The notes below the pieces were generated by a model that had not been told where the DNA came from, searched no databases, and saw only the letters and a list, made by a program, of their open reading frames with translations. From Schmidtea polychroa (taxonomy: Eukaryota), in contig CM097885.1 in the NCBI GenBank assembly GCA_044892525.1, positions 41,852,001 through 41,916,000 of the forward strand: DNA of 64,000 nt. The letters run 5' to 3'. Positions 51,150 to 64,000 of the stretch are shown one piece after another (positions within the stretch are counted from its first letter, which is position 1; every line of letters starts with the position of its first letter). The position numbers and the translations under genes were made by a program.

Positions 51150-53278
51150 CAGTGTTCTCCAAACTTTTTTCGATGGTGACACCCCATTCACTTAAAAAAA
51201 AATTCGCGACACCCCTGACAAATATTTTTGATGTAAAATTTTGCATCAAACTTTATGAAAGTTTAATGCCGTTTAACTTGCGGGTTTGAGGAAAAAAATT
51301 AACACAAATTATTTTTATTTATTTTTTCCTTCTCAAACTTCAATGTGATGGACGTGCTTGATATTTCGAGAAAGCAACATCGAAACGAGGCAAGAACGAC
51401 GAGAAACTAACTCGCATTTCTTCATCAACTGTCTGCAATCTTTCACGTTTCATTGATTTGATCTTAACCAATGCCGAAAATCCAAGTTCACATAAGTATG
51501 ATGTAGAAAATGGAAGCAATCATTTTAACGCTTTGATGCTCAACTCGGGATAATCCTTACCTAGAGACATCCAAAACTCTCCCAGTCCTTTTTTTTCAAA
51601 ATTAATTTTGGTGACCATGTCGTTTTTCAAATCAATAAGCTGTTCTTCTTTTGTGGAAAATTCAAGACATTCATTTGTTCCAAATGCATTCATAATCCAA
51701 TAATAAAGGTTGACGTTTAAGGATGGGAAGTAATTGACGAGTGCTTTCAAAAGCATTCCCATGGTTTGGAGAGCAAGCTCAGACATTTCATCCTTAGCGA
51801 ATTAGCGAATTTATCAACGATGGGGAAAAATCGAAGTTTTTTTACTTGATTTTTCTGATGAACAAGTGAAGTTTTTCCTCTGAATGAAAGAAACTTTGAT
51901 GTTGCCGTCATAATATTTTCAGCTGATCCCTGAAGACTCTTATTAAGAACATTTTGTCTGTCGAAAAGATCATTAAGAAATGATACCTTCAACAACCAGT
52001 CAGTGTTTCGAAAATCAAAATTGATTGTGATATCCTCAACTTCAATAAATGAAATTATTTCAGTTTTGAGGTGTACAACACGCTCAAAAACTTTTCCTTT
52101 GGACAACCATCGAACCTCTGTGTGGTAGAGCAGAGTTTTGAAATCACAATCCATCGCATCGCAAAGAAGTTCGAAAATTCTGAAGTTCAAAGGCTTTGAC
52201 TTGATAATGATGACGATCGAGACGATTTGATTCATGACAATAAGGAGATGCGAATGAATTCACTTAGAAACTAAAGCTTCTCGGTGAATCATACGTGTGA
52301 TTGTGACTGAAGGGCTAACAAGACGAACCAAGGCCGCGAGGCCTTTCAATTTTCCTTGTATACTGGGAGCGCCATCTATACAAACTCCGAAGCATTTCTG
52401 CCATTGAAGTTGATATTTTTTCACATTGTCATCGATCAAGTTGAAAATATCTCTTCCTGTGGTCGTTTCAATTAACTCCTGGCAAAACAAATATTGGTTC
52501 ATTACTTCTGTACTGTGAACGAATCTGATGAATGTAATAAGATGTGCTTTTCCACTGATGTAGGTGGTTTCGTCAGCTTGCAGCGACCACAATTTTGAAA
52601 ATTTCTCCTCCGAGGTCTGAAAATTCTCGATGATTTGAGATTCAATATCGTTTGATAGGTATTGAATCCTTCTTGAAATTGTGTTTACTGACAATGGCAC
52701 ATTCTTCACTTTCTCAGCAACTTCAAATCCCAGTATTGTGCTAACAATAGTCGAAACTGCAGGAGCAATAATACTTTCAGCTTCTGTGTGTGGTTTTCTT
52801 TTTTTCGCGAGTAAATAAGCTACTTGGAAGCTTGCAATCTTTTCAGGAATATTGCTGAAAATTTTCATCTTAAACGCTTGTTTTTCGCTTTGTGTTGGCA
52901 GAGTTTCAAAATATTGTTCTGATTTTGAAGAGAGCTCTGGATGCTTAGTCTTCTTGTGTCTAATCAATTTATTGGGAACCATTGACTTATTTGACAATGT
53001 CTCATTACACACCAGACAAAATGACAATTTACATTTTTCGCTAAGTTGTATTTCCAAAATACAAGTTAAACAACGTAGAGAAAGAGAATATATTTCTAGT
53101 CACCTTCAGTCACTTAAGATCACTTTTTTAAAATAAAATTAACGTTAAGATTAAGAAAAAATAATTTCAGTGAGATTTTTTAGCTGAAATTTTTGAATTT
53201 GTTTTAAAATCGGTAACACTTAATAATATTTTTATGGAATCTTAAGAAATCTCGTGACACCAAGTTTGGGGAACACTG
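51150..53278 (-). mobile_element. hAT (Charlie/Buster, ZBED8/SCAND3-like) with frameshifted transposase
   Basis: TIR CAGTGTTC.CCAAACTT; TSD CTTTAATC/GTTTAATC; ORF pieces 52260-53057 (LQADET, CIDGAP, IHREAL), 51747-52235 (HTEVRWLSKG) and 51520-51786, then PFSTSYLCE. Confidence 0.92.
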
Positions 53279-53628
53279 GTTTAATCTATTAAAAACTTCG
53301 TATCATAATTATCAGTAGGTGGTTTGGGCACCGCGAAAACAGGACTAGTTATTCAGTTTTTATTAGACAATAATTATAAAACGGAATAACTATTAACAAT
53401 TATTAATAAAGGGTATAACTATATTATTAGCAGTTAGATCAAAACTGCCAAAGACATGGAAATTTAAAGGTAAAAACTGAATAACTACTAACAATTGTTA
53501 ATAAAGATATTAAACATTCTATATTACAACAATATTTAGATAATTATTAAATAAATTTATTAATAGGCCAATTATATCCTCGGTATTGCGTTTCTTCGAC
53601 TGGGCATACTAAAGTATGTCACAAAAAC

Positions 53629-56600
53629 ATGAAAAAATACTATGGGCATAAATTCTATGGACTCAAATACTATTTATGTCCACTATGCCAGACTTCCCAA
53701 CCTATAAAATATATAGATTTTTATAATATACATAGTAAACATCTAAATCAGTTTCCTTCAAATAAAAAGAGGCTTTTTAATGAGTTAAATAATACAGAAC
53801 ATATCAAAACTGTAAATAAAACTGTATATAAAAATAAAAATGTGAATAGCACAGCACAAATGTAAATAATAATGTAAATAATAATCTAAATAATACAGAA
53901 CATATCAAAACTGTAAATAAAACTGTATATAAAAATAAAAATGTGAATAGCACAGCACAAATGTAAATAATAATGTAAATAATAATCTAAATAATACAGA
54001 ACATATCAAAACTGTAAATAAAACTGTATATAAAAATAAAAATGTGAATGGCACAGCACAGAATGTAATTAATAATGTAAATAATAATAATGTAAATAAT
54101 AATCTAATTAAAAATAAAAAACGGCCTGCTGTTAATCCTGGGTCTTGTGTTCCATCTAAAATTGTTAAAGTTAATGATGGTGGTGATGAAATAGATAATA
54201 ACCTAAAAAATATCCTAAATAATATACTAAATAATCAAATAGGCGGTTCAGTCGATATAGACGACGAGCCAGAAATAGAAATAGATTTTAAGGGGGCTAG
54301 AAAAAATCTAAGGTTTGACGTGGAGAAAGACGCCTTAGTACAGATAGCAATAACACCAAAAATTATTCAAAAACTAGTATCAGAAATGAACGGTATGGGG
54401 CCCGTTAAAATTCAGTTCACGGTTCTCATACAATTTGAGAAAGATGGCGAATTAAAGGATAATTTCTTTTCCAATAACGCCGAAGTTTTTTCAGAAAACT
54501 TTTTAATCAATGGCATCACTAAATTAAATAATAAGATAGAAAAATTCACATATTTAGGTAGCGGATGGCGGGTTGTTAAAATAAAAGAAATTGACTTCAT
54601 AATAAATAAGTATAAGATTATGAATAGGTTAGCTGGACATAGTTATATCCCCACCCCGACAGCTTTAAAGTCTAAACAAGCTATTGTCAATATCCAGAAC
54701 ACAGATGATGATATGTGTTTTATATATAGTGTTCTAGCCCTCTTAAAGCGTGATGTTATACGCAGAAATAAGCATCGAGTTAGTGTTTACCAAAATTATT
54801 TGGATGAAATTAATTTTGACCCCATTAGTGATTGCCCGATGAGATTAAGTAACATACCTAAATTCGAACGCAAAACCGTGAACTGAACTTAGCTATTAAC
54901 GTTTTAATATATAGAAATAAACCAGCGAAACCTATCAACAATGAAGATTATATCCCTCATCATCCCCAGTTAGATATTATTCACCGATCTAAGGTTATAG
55001 GTGGTAAACCCATATATTTATTATTATTAGAAGACGGTGATAATTTTCATTACACCGCAGTTTTTGATCTTCAAAAACTTATGAATTCACACCCAAATAG
55101 CTCCTGTCACCTTTGGATTCGCGTCAAATGGTGCCCACATTGCCTTAATGGCTTCACACATAGGAGCGCTTATGATATCCATGTAGACCTATGCCGTAAG
55201 AATCAAATAGGTTCTACTTTCTATACATTACCGAAAGAGAAAAATTTAATATTCTCAAACTATGCAAAAACCGTAACCCCGCCATTCGTGATATATGCCG
55301 ATTTTGAGGTGATTTTACCTGAGGATATCACCCACCATCAAAAACACATGCCAATAACAGCAGGCATGTTACTAATTAACAATTATAACAAAACTAGATT
55401 TTATTATGAGTTTGTTGGTGAGGATTGCGTGTTGTCTTTCTTGCATAAGGTGGAGGAAATTGCTGTCACAATTGTCCTGCCATATTACGAAATTAACGGG
55501 CATAAGCCTATGCAAACCTTGTCTTTCGCTGAAGATCGTGCCTTTTATAATTCCAGAACCTGCTATCTTTGTAAAAAATTTATTAGAGATAGAGTTAGGG
55601 ACCATTGTCACTTCACAGGTAAGTATCTTGGTGCTGCCTGTAGGAAATGTAATGTGTCTCGCAGAATTCAGAGACAGTTACCTGTTGTATTTCACAATTT
55701 GAAGGGGTATGACCTCCATCATATTTTGAAGTATGGTTTGAATAATTTTCCTTCTTGGGAATTGAATATTATTCCAACCACTACGGAAAAATTTATCTCT
55801 CTCATCGCGTACATTAACAAATTGCCTGTTCGTTTTATTGACAGCATGCAGTTTGTTAATTCATCACTTGCAAAAGCCGTTAAGACTCTTTCCGATCTGC
55901 CTTTAACTTCTTCTGTTTTTGATGGCGCAATTGTTCGAGCCAAAGGTATCTTCCCTTATGACTTCGCTACATCTCTTGAGGTCCTGGAATCAACTCTTGA
56001 ATTGCCTCCTATTTGGGATTCTGTGTCTAATGATGAATATGAATTAGCCCAAGTTATTTGGACTCAACAAAATTGTAACAATATGTTAGACTATATGTTA
56101 ACATACCTTAAACTTGATGTGTTTCTCCTCGCAGATTATTTTACACAATTCCGTGAAAAGGCCATTGCATACAATGGTCTTGAGCCTCTAAATTTTTATG
56201 GTATTCCCGGTATGTCATGGGCCTCAGCGCTTATGACATTAAAGGAACCCATTGAACTTTTACAGGACATGGAAATGTTTAATTTCTATGAAGGAGGGAT
56301 ACGGGGTGGGTTAACATTTGTTAACAAACATTATGTTGTAAGTTCTGAAGACACAGAACTCTTGTATATAGATATAAACAACTTGTATGGTTGGGCCTTA
56401 AGCCAAAATCTTCCGTATGGTGATTTTGAATGGGTGTATGATGACCTTGATTCTGTCTTGTATGAATGTATGAATGCTGATATTGATAACCTTCCATATG
56501 GCTATACTATGGAGGTTGATATCGATATCCCTGATTGCTTGCATGATTTTTTGAATGATTTTCCGATTGCTCCGGAAAAAATGTGCCCGCCAGATTCAAA

Positions 56601-57724
56601 AGTTGAGAAGCTGATGCTCACGCATTGGCCGAAGAAGAACCATGTTCTTCATTGGCGACTTCTCAAGTTGTATATTGAATTGGAGGCTTTAATTAAAAAT
56701 GTACATAGGGCAATTAAATTTAAACATGCACCCATTTTTAAAGATTACATATCGACTAATACTAATTTGCGCTCAAATTCTACATGCGAGCTGCACAGAG
56801 ATTTATATAAATTATTTAATAATAGTCTGTATGGGAAATCCGTGGAAAACCTTAAAAAACGGATGAATTTGAGGCTATGCAATTCAGCTGAAAAGATGAT
56901 TGTATATGCTTCAAAACCTACATTCAGAAAATCTATCAGAATTGATGATGATCTGATTGCAGCTCATCTAAATAAGGATTCTATATGTTTAGACAGGCCT
57001 AGCTACATTGGCCAATCTGTGCTAGACCTGTCTAAACTGAGGATGTACCAGTTACAGTATATAGAATTGGCAAAATATCGTTTAGAGTTTAACTGTGATA
57101 TAAATATCGTTGCCGGCGACACCGACTCCTTTTTCTTAGAGATAAAGCACTGTAAGCTTGACACTCTTTTGCCGGCAATGATTCGTGATAATCTTCTAGA
57201 TACTAGTAATTATGATCCTGCTCATCCTTTGTATTCAAAGAGTTTGGATTCTGTGATAGGGAAATTTAAGGATGAAAGTAAAGGGCTTGGTTATAAGGAG
57301 TGGGTGTTCTTGCGTCCTAAGTGTTATAGTTTTTAAGGAGATAACACTTAGGGCTAAGGGAGTTCAGCTTGGTAATACTGAGATAAGACACCAGTCTTAT
57401 TTAGACTGCTACAACAACAGCGTAGTATATACGGTGCCACAAACGAGAATAGGTACTAGAAACCATCAGCTCTTTACTTTCAAGAATAGGAAGATAGCCT
57501 TATCGAACAACGATGACAAGAGACTATGGGTGGGGCCTAATACCAGTCTGGCATATGGACATTATTTAGGATTTGAGGAAACTGATGCTGGCCAGGTATT
57601 TACTCATGAAGAGATTGGACCGCTTTTTGGTGGAGAAAGCCCATCTTTCGATGATCAGGACAGTCCAAGAATTATAAACAATGATGATGTTACTGACATT
57701 GATGATGTCATTTTATCGGACTAA
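53629..57724 (+). pseudogene. pPolB, disrupted (repeat expansion plus two frameshifts)
   Basis: ORF pieces 53629-53865 (CPLC..H..H), 54044-54886 (GSGW, NTDDDMCF), 55081-57336 (YADFE, DHCH, FHNLKGYD, DINNLYG, KLFNNSLYGK, GDTDS) and 57272-57724 (AKGV, DDKR). Frameshifts near 54872 and 57333. Confidence 0.93.
53786..54060 (+). repeat. 101-bp tandem repeat, about 2.7 copies
   Basis: AATACAGAAC starts at 53791, 53892 and 53993. Confidence 0.9.
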
Positions 57725-58016
57725 TGTGATATATTAATATATCTTTTAAAAAAAAATATGTTTTTATTGATTTGTATTCTTTTATAATGTATATATTTTA
57801 TTGAAAACTCGTTATAGTTTTCACGATTCTTTCTATGTTTAAACATTATATTTCCATATAAAATTATCGAAAATGTTTCAGCATAGAAAGGATATTATTG
57901 GTAAAAATTTTTATTTTTGAAAACTTGTAATGTTTTCATTTTTATATTTGGTATACGAGAAAATAATAATAATTTCTAACAGTAGTTTGCAGTGAGCATG
58001 CAACTACAACTCTTGT

Positions 58017-58508
<492 letters not shown>

Positions 58509-58571
58509 TAAAGTCTTACCTGATTGGGTGAATGATAAATCACCCGCAAATTTCTTCATAAAATTTTGAAA

Positions 58572-59000
58572 ATTTGCTATAAATTAGTGTCTGACTAAAA
58601 AATTAATAACTTTTATACTACTAATGATAAAAATTATTTTTATGGCTCAAAATATTTGTCTACTTCTGGGCTTCAAAATGAACTATAAATATTTAAAAAA
58701 TTTAAGTTTCAGACTATGTTTTGGGTCACGAAAAGTAGGACTCCGCCAGCACAGTTAATAATAATTTTGAAAAATAATAATAATTTTGCTATAAATTAGT
58801 GTCTGACTAAAAAATTAATAACTTTTATACCACTAGTGATAAAATAATTATTTATATCTTATAAGATCGGTCTCCGCCTGGGCTTCAAAACGTGACATTG
58901 ATTGTTTAAAATTTTTAAGATTCAGACTATGTTTTGGGGTCACGAAAAGTAGGACTCCGCCAGCACAGTTAATAATATTTTTGAAAAATAATAATAATTT
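58572..59000. repeat. ~214-bp subterminal tandem duplication in Polinton 2
   Basis: AGGACTCCGCCAGCACAGT at 58737 and 58951; TTTGCTATAAATTAGTGTCTGAC occurs twice. Confidence 0.85.
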
Positions 59001-59004
59001 TTTA

Positions 59005-59085
59005 TGAGTCACTGTCTTTGTTGTATGAGTCATTGTCTTTGTTCTAGACGAGTGATGAGTCATCGGATGACTCATTGTCTTTGTT
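59005..59085. promoter_or_regulatory. Cluster of 4 AP-1 (TGASTCA) and 3 CTTTGTT (TCF/Sox-type) motifs
   Basis: TGAGTCA at 59005, 59026 and 59056; TGACTCA at 59068; CTTTGTT at 59016, 59037 and 59079. Confidence 0.55.
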
Positions 59086-59318
59086 CTCAAGTTGACCTTG
59101 AAAAAAATATTTTTTTAAAAATTTTTCCGGCCGGGGGGGGACTGTGCTGGCGGAGTCCTGTTTTCGCGGTGCCCAAACCACCTACTATTATCATAATTCC
59201 TGTTGAAATCGTAAAACAAAAAAATCAAAAAGGATCAGAAAAGCAACTGTAAGAGGTCAACTGCAAATTAGTGAAGTAATTATAATTTATAATAATTTTT
59301 CGCGATCAACAAAATGTA

Positions 59319-60120
59319 TAGAGTTTGGAAAAAACCGGTCTTTTGAAAACCGCGGTTTTTGATTTTTAGAAGATTTTGTCTATTTTATAATATATTATTG
59401 TATAAATGGAAACTTGTGTTAAGACAGTATTGTTCGATCATTCTTGTCGAAAGCTTTTTTGTTAACGGATGCGCCATCCTGTGTCAAACCGACAATATCA
59501 CGATCCAAACACAATCCGAATGAACTTAAATGTTAATCAATCTTTTCAATTTACGTTGCTGCTGGACATGCTCCGAAGATCCTAACTAACCGGGTTTCTA
59601 GATCTTTTTCTCGTTACGACAGATCAGATTAATTCCGATGTATCGTCTTCGTCTGACATTTGAGTACTCATCGAACGTGCAGCTAAATTTTTCAACATTC
59701 TCAACTCTCTTTTTAATATCTTTAATATCTACCAACTTCTTCTCTTCAAAGTCTTCATAAATTAGTCTCATTACATCTCTTTCACAAGTCGGCAGTCTTG
59801 CGCCACCTTCATGCATTAATTTACAAAGTCTTGTTTCTAGTTATAACACTATCTGTGGCCATATCCGATACTCGTTCATTTAATAATGCTAATTTAAAAT
59901 AACTGCCCAGTGTCTTGACTTTCTTTGATGTTGATGAACCCATATTGTCATTTGATATTTCAGAATCTACTTATATGCCGTTCCTTAAAATATGGTTTTT
60001 CAACGAAGTTGTCGATCCGTAACTACATTTTTTTGCCGATCTACAATTTTTACAAACACCTTCACACTCGTTCTTTTGTGGATTTTTTTCTTTTTACTGC
60101 ATATTACCATGACGACATTA
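59319..60120 (-). mobile_element. Decayed hAT fragment
   Basis: KFSCTFDEYSN.RRRRYIGINL (59598-59816), VGLTQDGASV, and a BED-finger-like remnant near 60040-60110. Confidence 0.65.
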
Positions 60121-60350
60121 TTAAACTTTAAATATTTTAATAATTAATGATTTAAAATTTAAAATTTAAAATTTAATATTTTGATTTATCATTGATAAGA
60201 AGTTCTATTGCCGAGAAAATTTACTAAGTACTTTAAAATATCAAAAAAGAAGGAAAAGTAAGAAAAAACCGAAAACGGGGGTTAAAAATAGAAATAAAAA
60301 TAAAAAATAAAATTATATTTATTAGAAATTGAATTATATTTATAATTAAA

Positions 60351-60888
60351 CTAGCTGTTGTACCCGGCTTCGCCCGAGTTTACATTTATTATAATAATTC
60401 ATTTAAATTAATCTTTTATTTAATGATGTTATTACGTTCCAGTATTAATTTTATAACAGCTTCAATTCCATGTTTAATTCACAATAAGAAAAGCTTTCAA
60501 AATAAATTTCAATTTGTGAAATCGAAAACGCACTCCAATTTAAATCGAAAAATAACTGGCAATATTTTTCCAATTGCAAACTGGTTCACTAATCAAATAA
60601 AATTCAAATTCTTCATGTTTGAATTCTGCTTTGAAAACTTTTGACTAAATTATATTACTTTCAACTGCAAGTAGCAAGCATATAATAAATTATTATTTAT
60701 ATGCTAAATTGCTGACCGAATAGACAAAATAACCGACTAAGGGTACCTAGTGGTGGTCATCTGGGGGTGAAACATAGCCTATGACCTGTCCCGAGTCAAA
60801 TGAGGGTCACATGGAAAATTTCCCTAGGTCCAACGGTGGGGAATTCTATAGAAAACTAACAAACAAACTTTCAACTTTATATATTAGA
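60351..60888 (-). mobile_element. Non-autonomous Helitron
   Basis: On the minus strand: 5' TCTAATATATAAAG, 3' GC-rich CGGGCGAAGCCGGG then CTAG; inserted between A and T with no TSD. Confidence 0.75.
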
Positions 60889-61639
60889 TTGTCGAGGATA
60901 CCTGAATAATAATTAATATGAAAAATAAAGAAAGTTACCTGGGAAAAATCGTCATGACAAACGGGACGATCTAGTGGAACTCAGAGAAGAAAATGGAAGT
61001 AAACTGAAATTGGAATTGAGAAAGATAAAACAAACAAAAGAAAGATAAAAAGAAATTAAAACAAAGGTCATCAATAATTAACAAGTACAAAAGGGGAAAA
61101 GAAATCTCAAATTCGAAAACCAAAACAGAAGAAAAACGTATATTTTGACAGCTTGTCACAGATATCGAAATTTCAAGAAAAGTTGACCTAACAAAAAAGA
61201 AAAAAACAAGGCATATCTCGACATCTGTCAAAGATCTTACAGGGATAGTGGAAAATGCGGGAAGGAGGGAAATGGGAAAACAAAAATATTTTTGGATTAA
61301 AATTTAAAATAGTTAAGAAGATATATTTGATTGGAGGATAACGAGAATCTTTGTAAACCTAATATATATATTTTTTTCTTTATTCTAATTTCTTGTGTTA
61401 TCTTTTTTATTATTTAATTTTTCTATTTTTCTATTATTTTCCTGGTTTCTCTTTCTCTAGGCTAGTTTTCCCCTTTTATTTTCTATTAATTATAAATTTG
61501 AGTATTATTATTTATTTTTGATCATCAGCCCAATAAAATGAAAATACCGATTCCTTAGCTTGAAACCGTGTATTCCTTGCAAAGGTATCACTAATAACAG
61601 TTATTAGTTGTTATTAGTTACAAGCCTCTACAAAAACAT

Positions 61640-62400
61640 TCATCAACAAGATTTCTGGTATTAATCGATTGATTGAGCTTTATGATCCTTTGAAGCAGTA
61701 CTTTCTGTCATTAAAAATATGCCCTGCAACAGTTTTACGATTCTTCGAAAATCAAGCTGGAAAATTCTGGATTTTGTTCGTTGTAAATCAGCTGAAAAAT
61801 TTTAGCTATACGATTAAAAACATTGAATTTACGTGGACCACATCTTTCGAAGCTGGTAATAAAATGACAAGATTAAAGGGAAAGATGCAGAATAGAAAGG
61901 ATTTCTCTTTTATGCCTCGAGAATCTCAACTTGAATATCAGAAATTCAACAATGCTCATCAAGTATTGACAACATCGACCTGTAGGAATCGTCATTTGAT
62001 GGATAGCAGATTCTTATGTGGATGCTCATGGCAAAAGTCCCATAATGAGTAGTATGAATACGTTGCTGACAAGTATGGTGAAAAAAAATTAAATCGATCA
62101 TCGATAGAGACATTCTTTTTGATGAATATGTTCTCATGAAGTCATTTGTTGAAGATAAGTTGTCATCGTATGCAGATGAAGAATTTACTGTTGAGAAAAT
62201 ATGGATTAATATTTTTAGTAACTTTCACGAACAATCAACTCGCTTGATTAACATGAAAATGTGCGCAGAGCTTGCATTTTCATTGCCAGGAACATCGTGT
62301 TACGTAAAAAAAATTTTTTACTTTCATTAATCGAGCGTGGGAGGATGTGAAAAACAGATTTGATGTTCAAACTATAAGCACTTTACCCATTATCCAATGA
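61640..62400 (+). pseudogene. Decayed hAT transposase C-terminal half
   Basis: RLIELYDPLKQYF, LFDEY..KSFV, W..IF, AELAFSLPGTS. Confidence 0.65.
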
Positions 62401-62755
62401 ATAAAGCGGTCTCCCTTAGGGTTACCTGCTTCCAATTTTATTACTGAGTATCACACTAAAGTGCAATAGAGAACTTTGTATCAAAATTTATAATATATAA
62501 GTTTATAAAATATCAGTTATTTATTAGTGAACCCGATCAATGAGCCCCATTGATTGAGGATCACTGATCTAGTGCCTAACAGGCCAGATAAGGGTTGGGA
62601 AATAGTTGGCACAAATTTCATGTTAATTTTTATCAGTAAAAATAAAGTTTTAGCATTAAAAATCAATACCGCATATATTATACGAAATAAGTAAAGGACA
62701 ACTACTATTCTATAATAATAAATACACAATACACACAGTCATTTTGATCTCAGCG

Positions 62756-64000
<1,245 letters not shown>

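Overview
This is an AT-rich eukaryotic genomic window, very rich in transposons. The host is plausibly a planarian or similar invertebrate; that is inferred only from composition, (AAT)n tracts and short introns. The centrepiece is a young, near-intact 14.8 kb Polinton/Maverick (adintovirus-like) element at 13855-28683. It has 334-bp TIRs, a GTAATT TSD and the full virion gene set: MCP, penton, adenain, A32 ATPase, a ZnF-PLA2-integrase fusion and pPolB with one frameshift. Its 1.2 kb non-coding left arm holds what looks like an array of four Pol III (A-box/B-box) tRNA-like small RNA genes at about 240-bp spacing, a possible VA-RNA/TMER analogue and the best novelty candidate. Each TIR also contains an inverted copy of the element terminus. 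A second, 5.9 kb Polinton-type element (53314-59186, 33-bp TIRs, ATTATC TSD) carries only a disrupted pPolB plus an AP-1/HMG-box motif cluster. Other features are a perfect minimal hammerhead ribozyme (49628-49669), host Phactr exons (+), the 3' exons of a CHD3/4/5 gene (-), and decayed hAT, piggyBac, Merlin, Tigger, Tc1/mariner, Helitron and Penelope elements. All calls are by eye, with no database searches.
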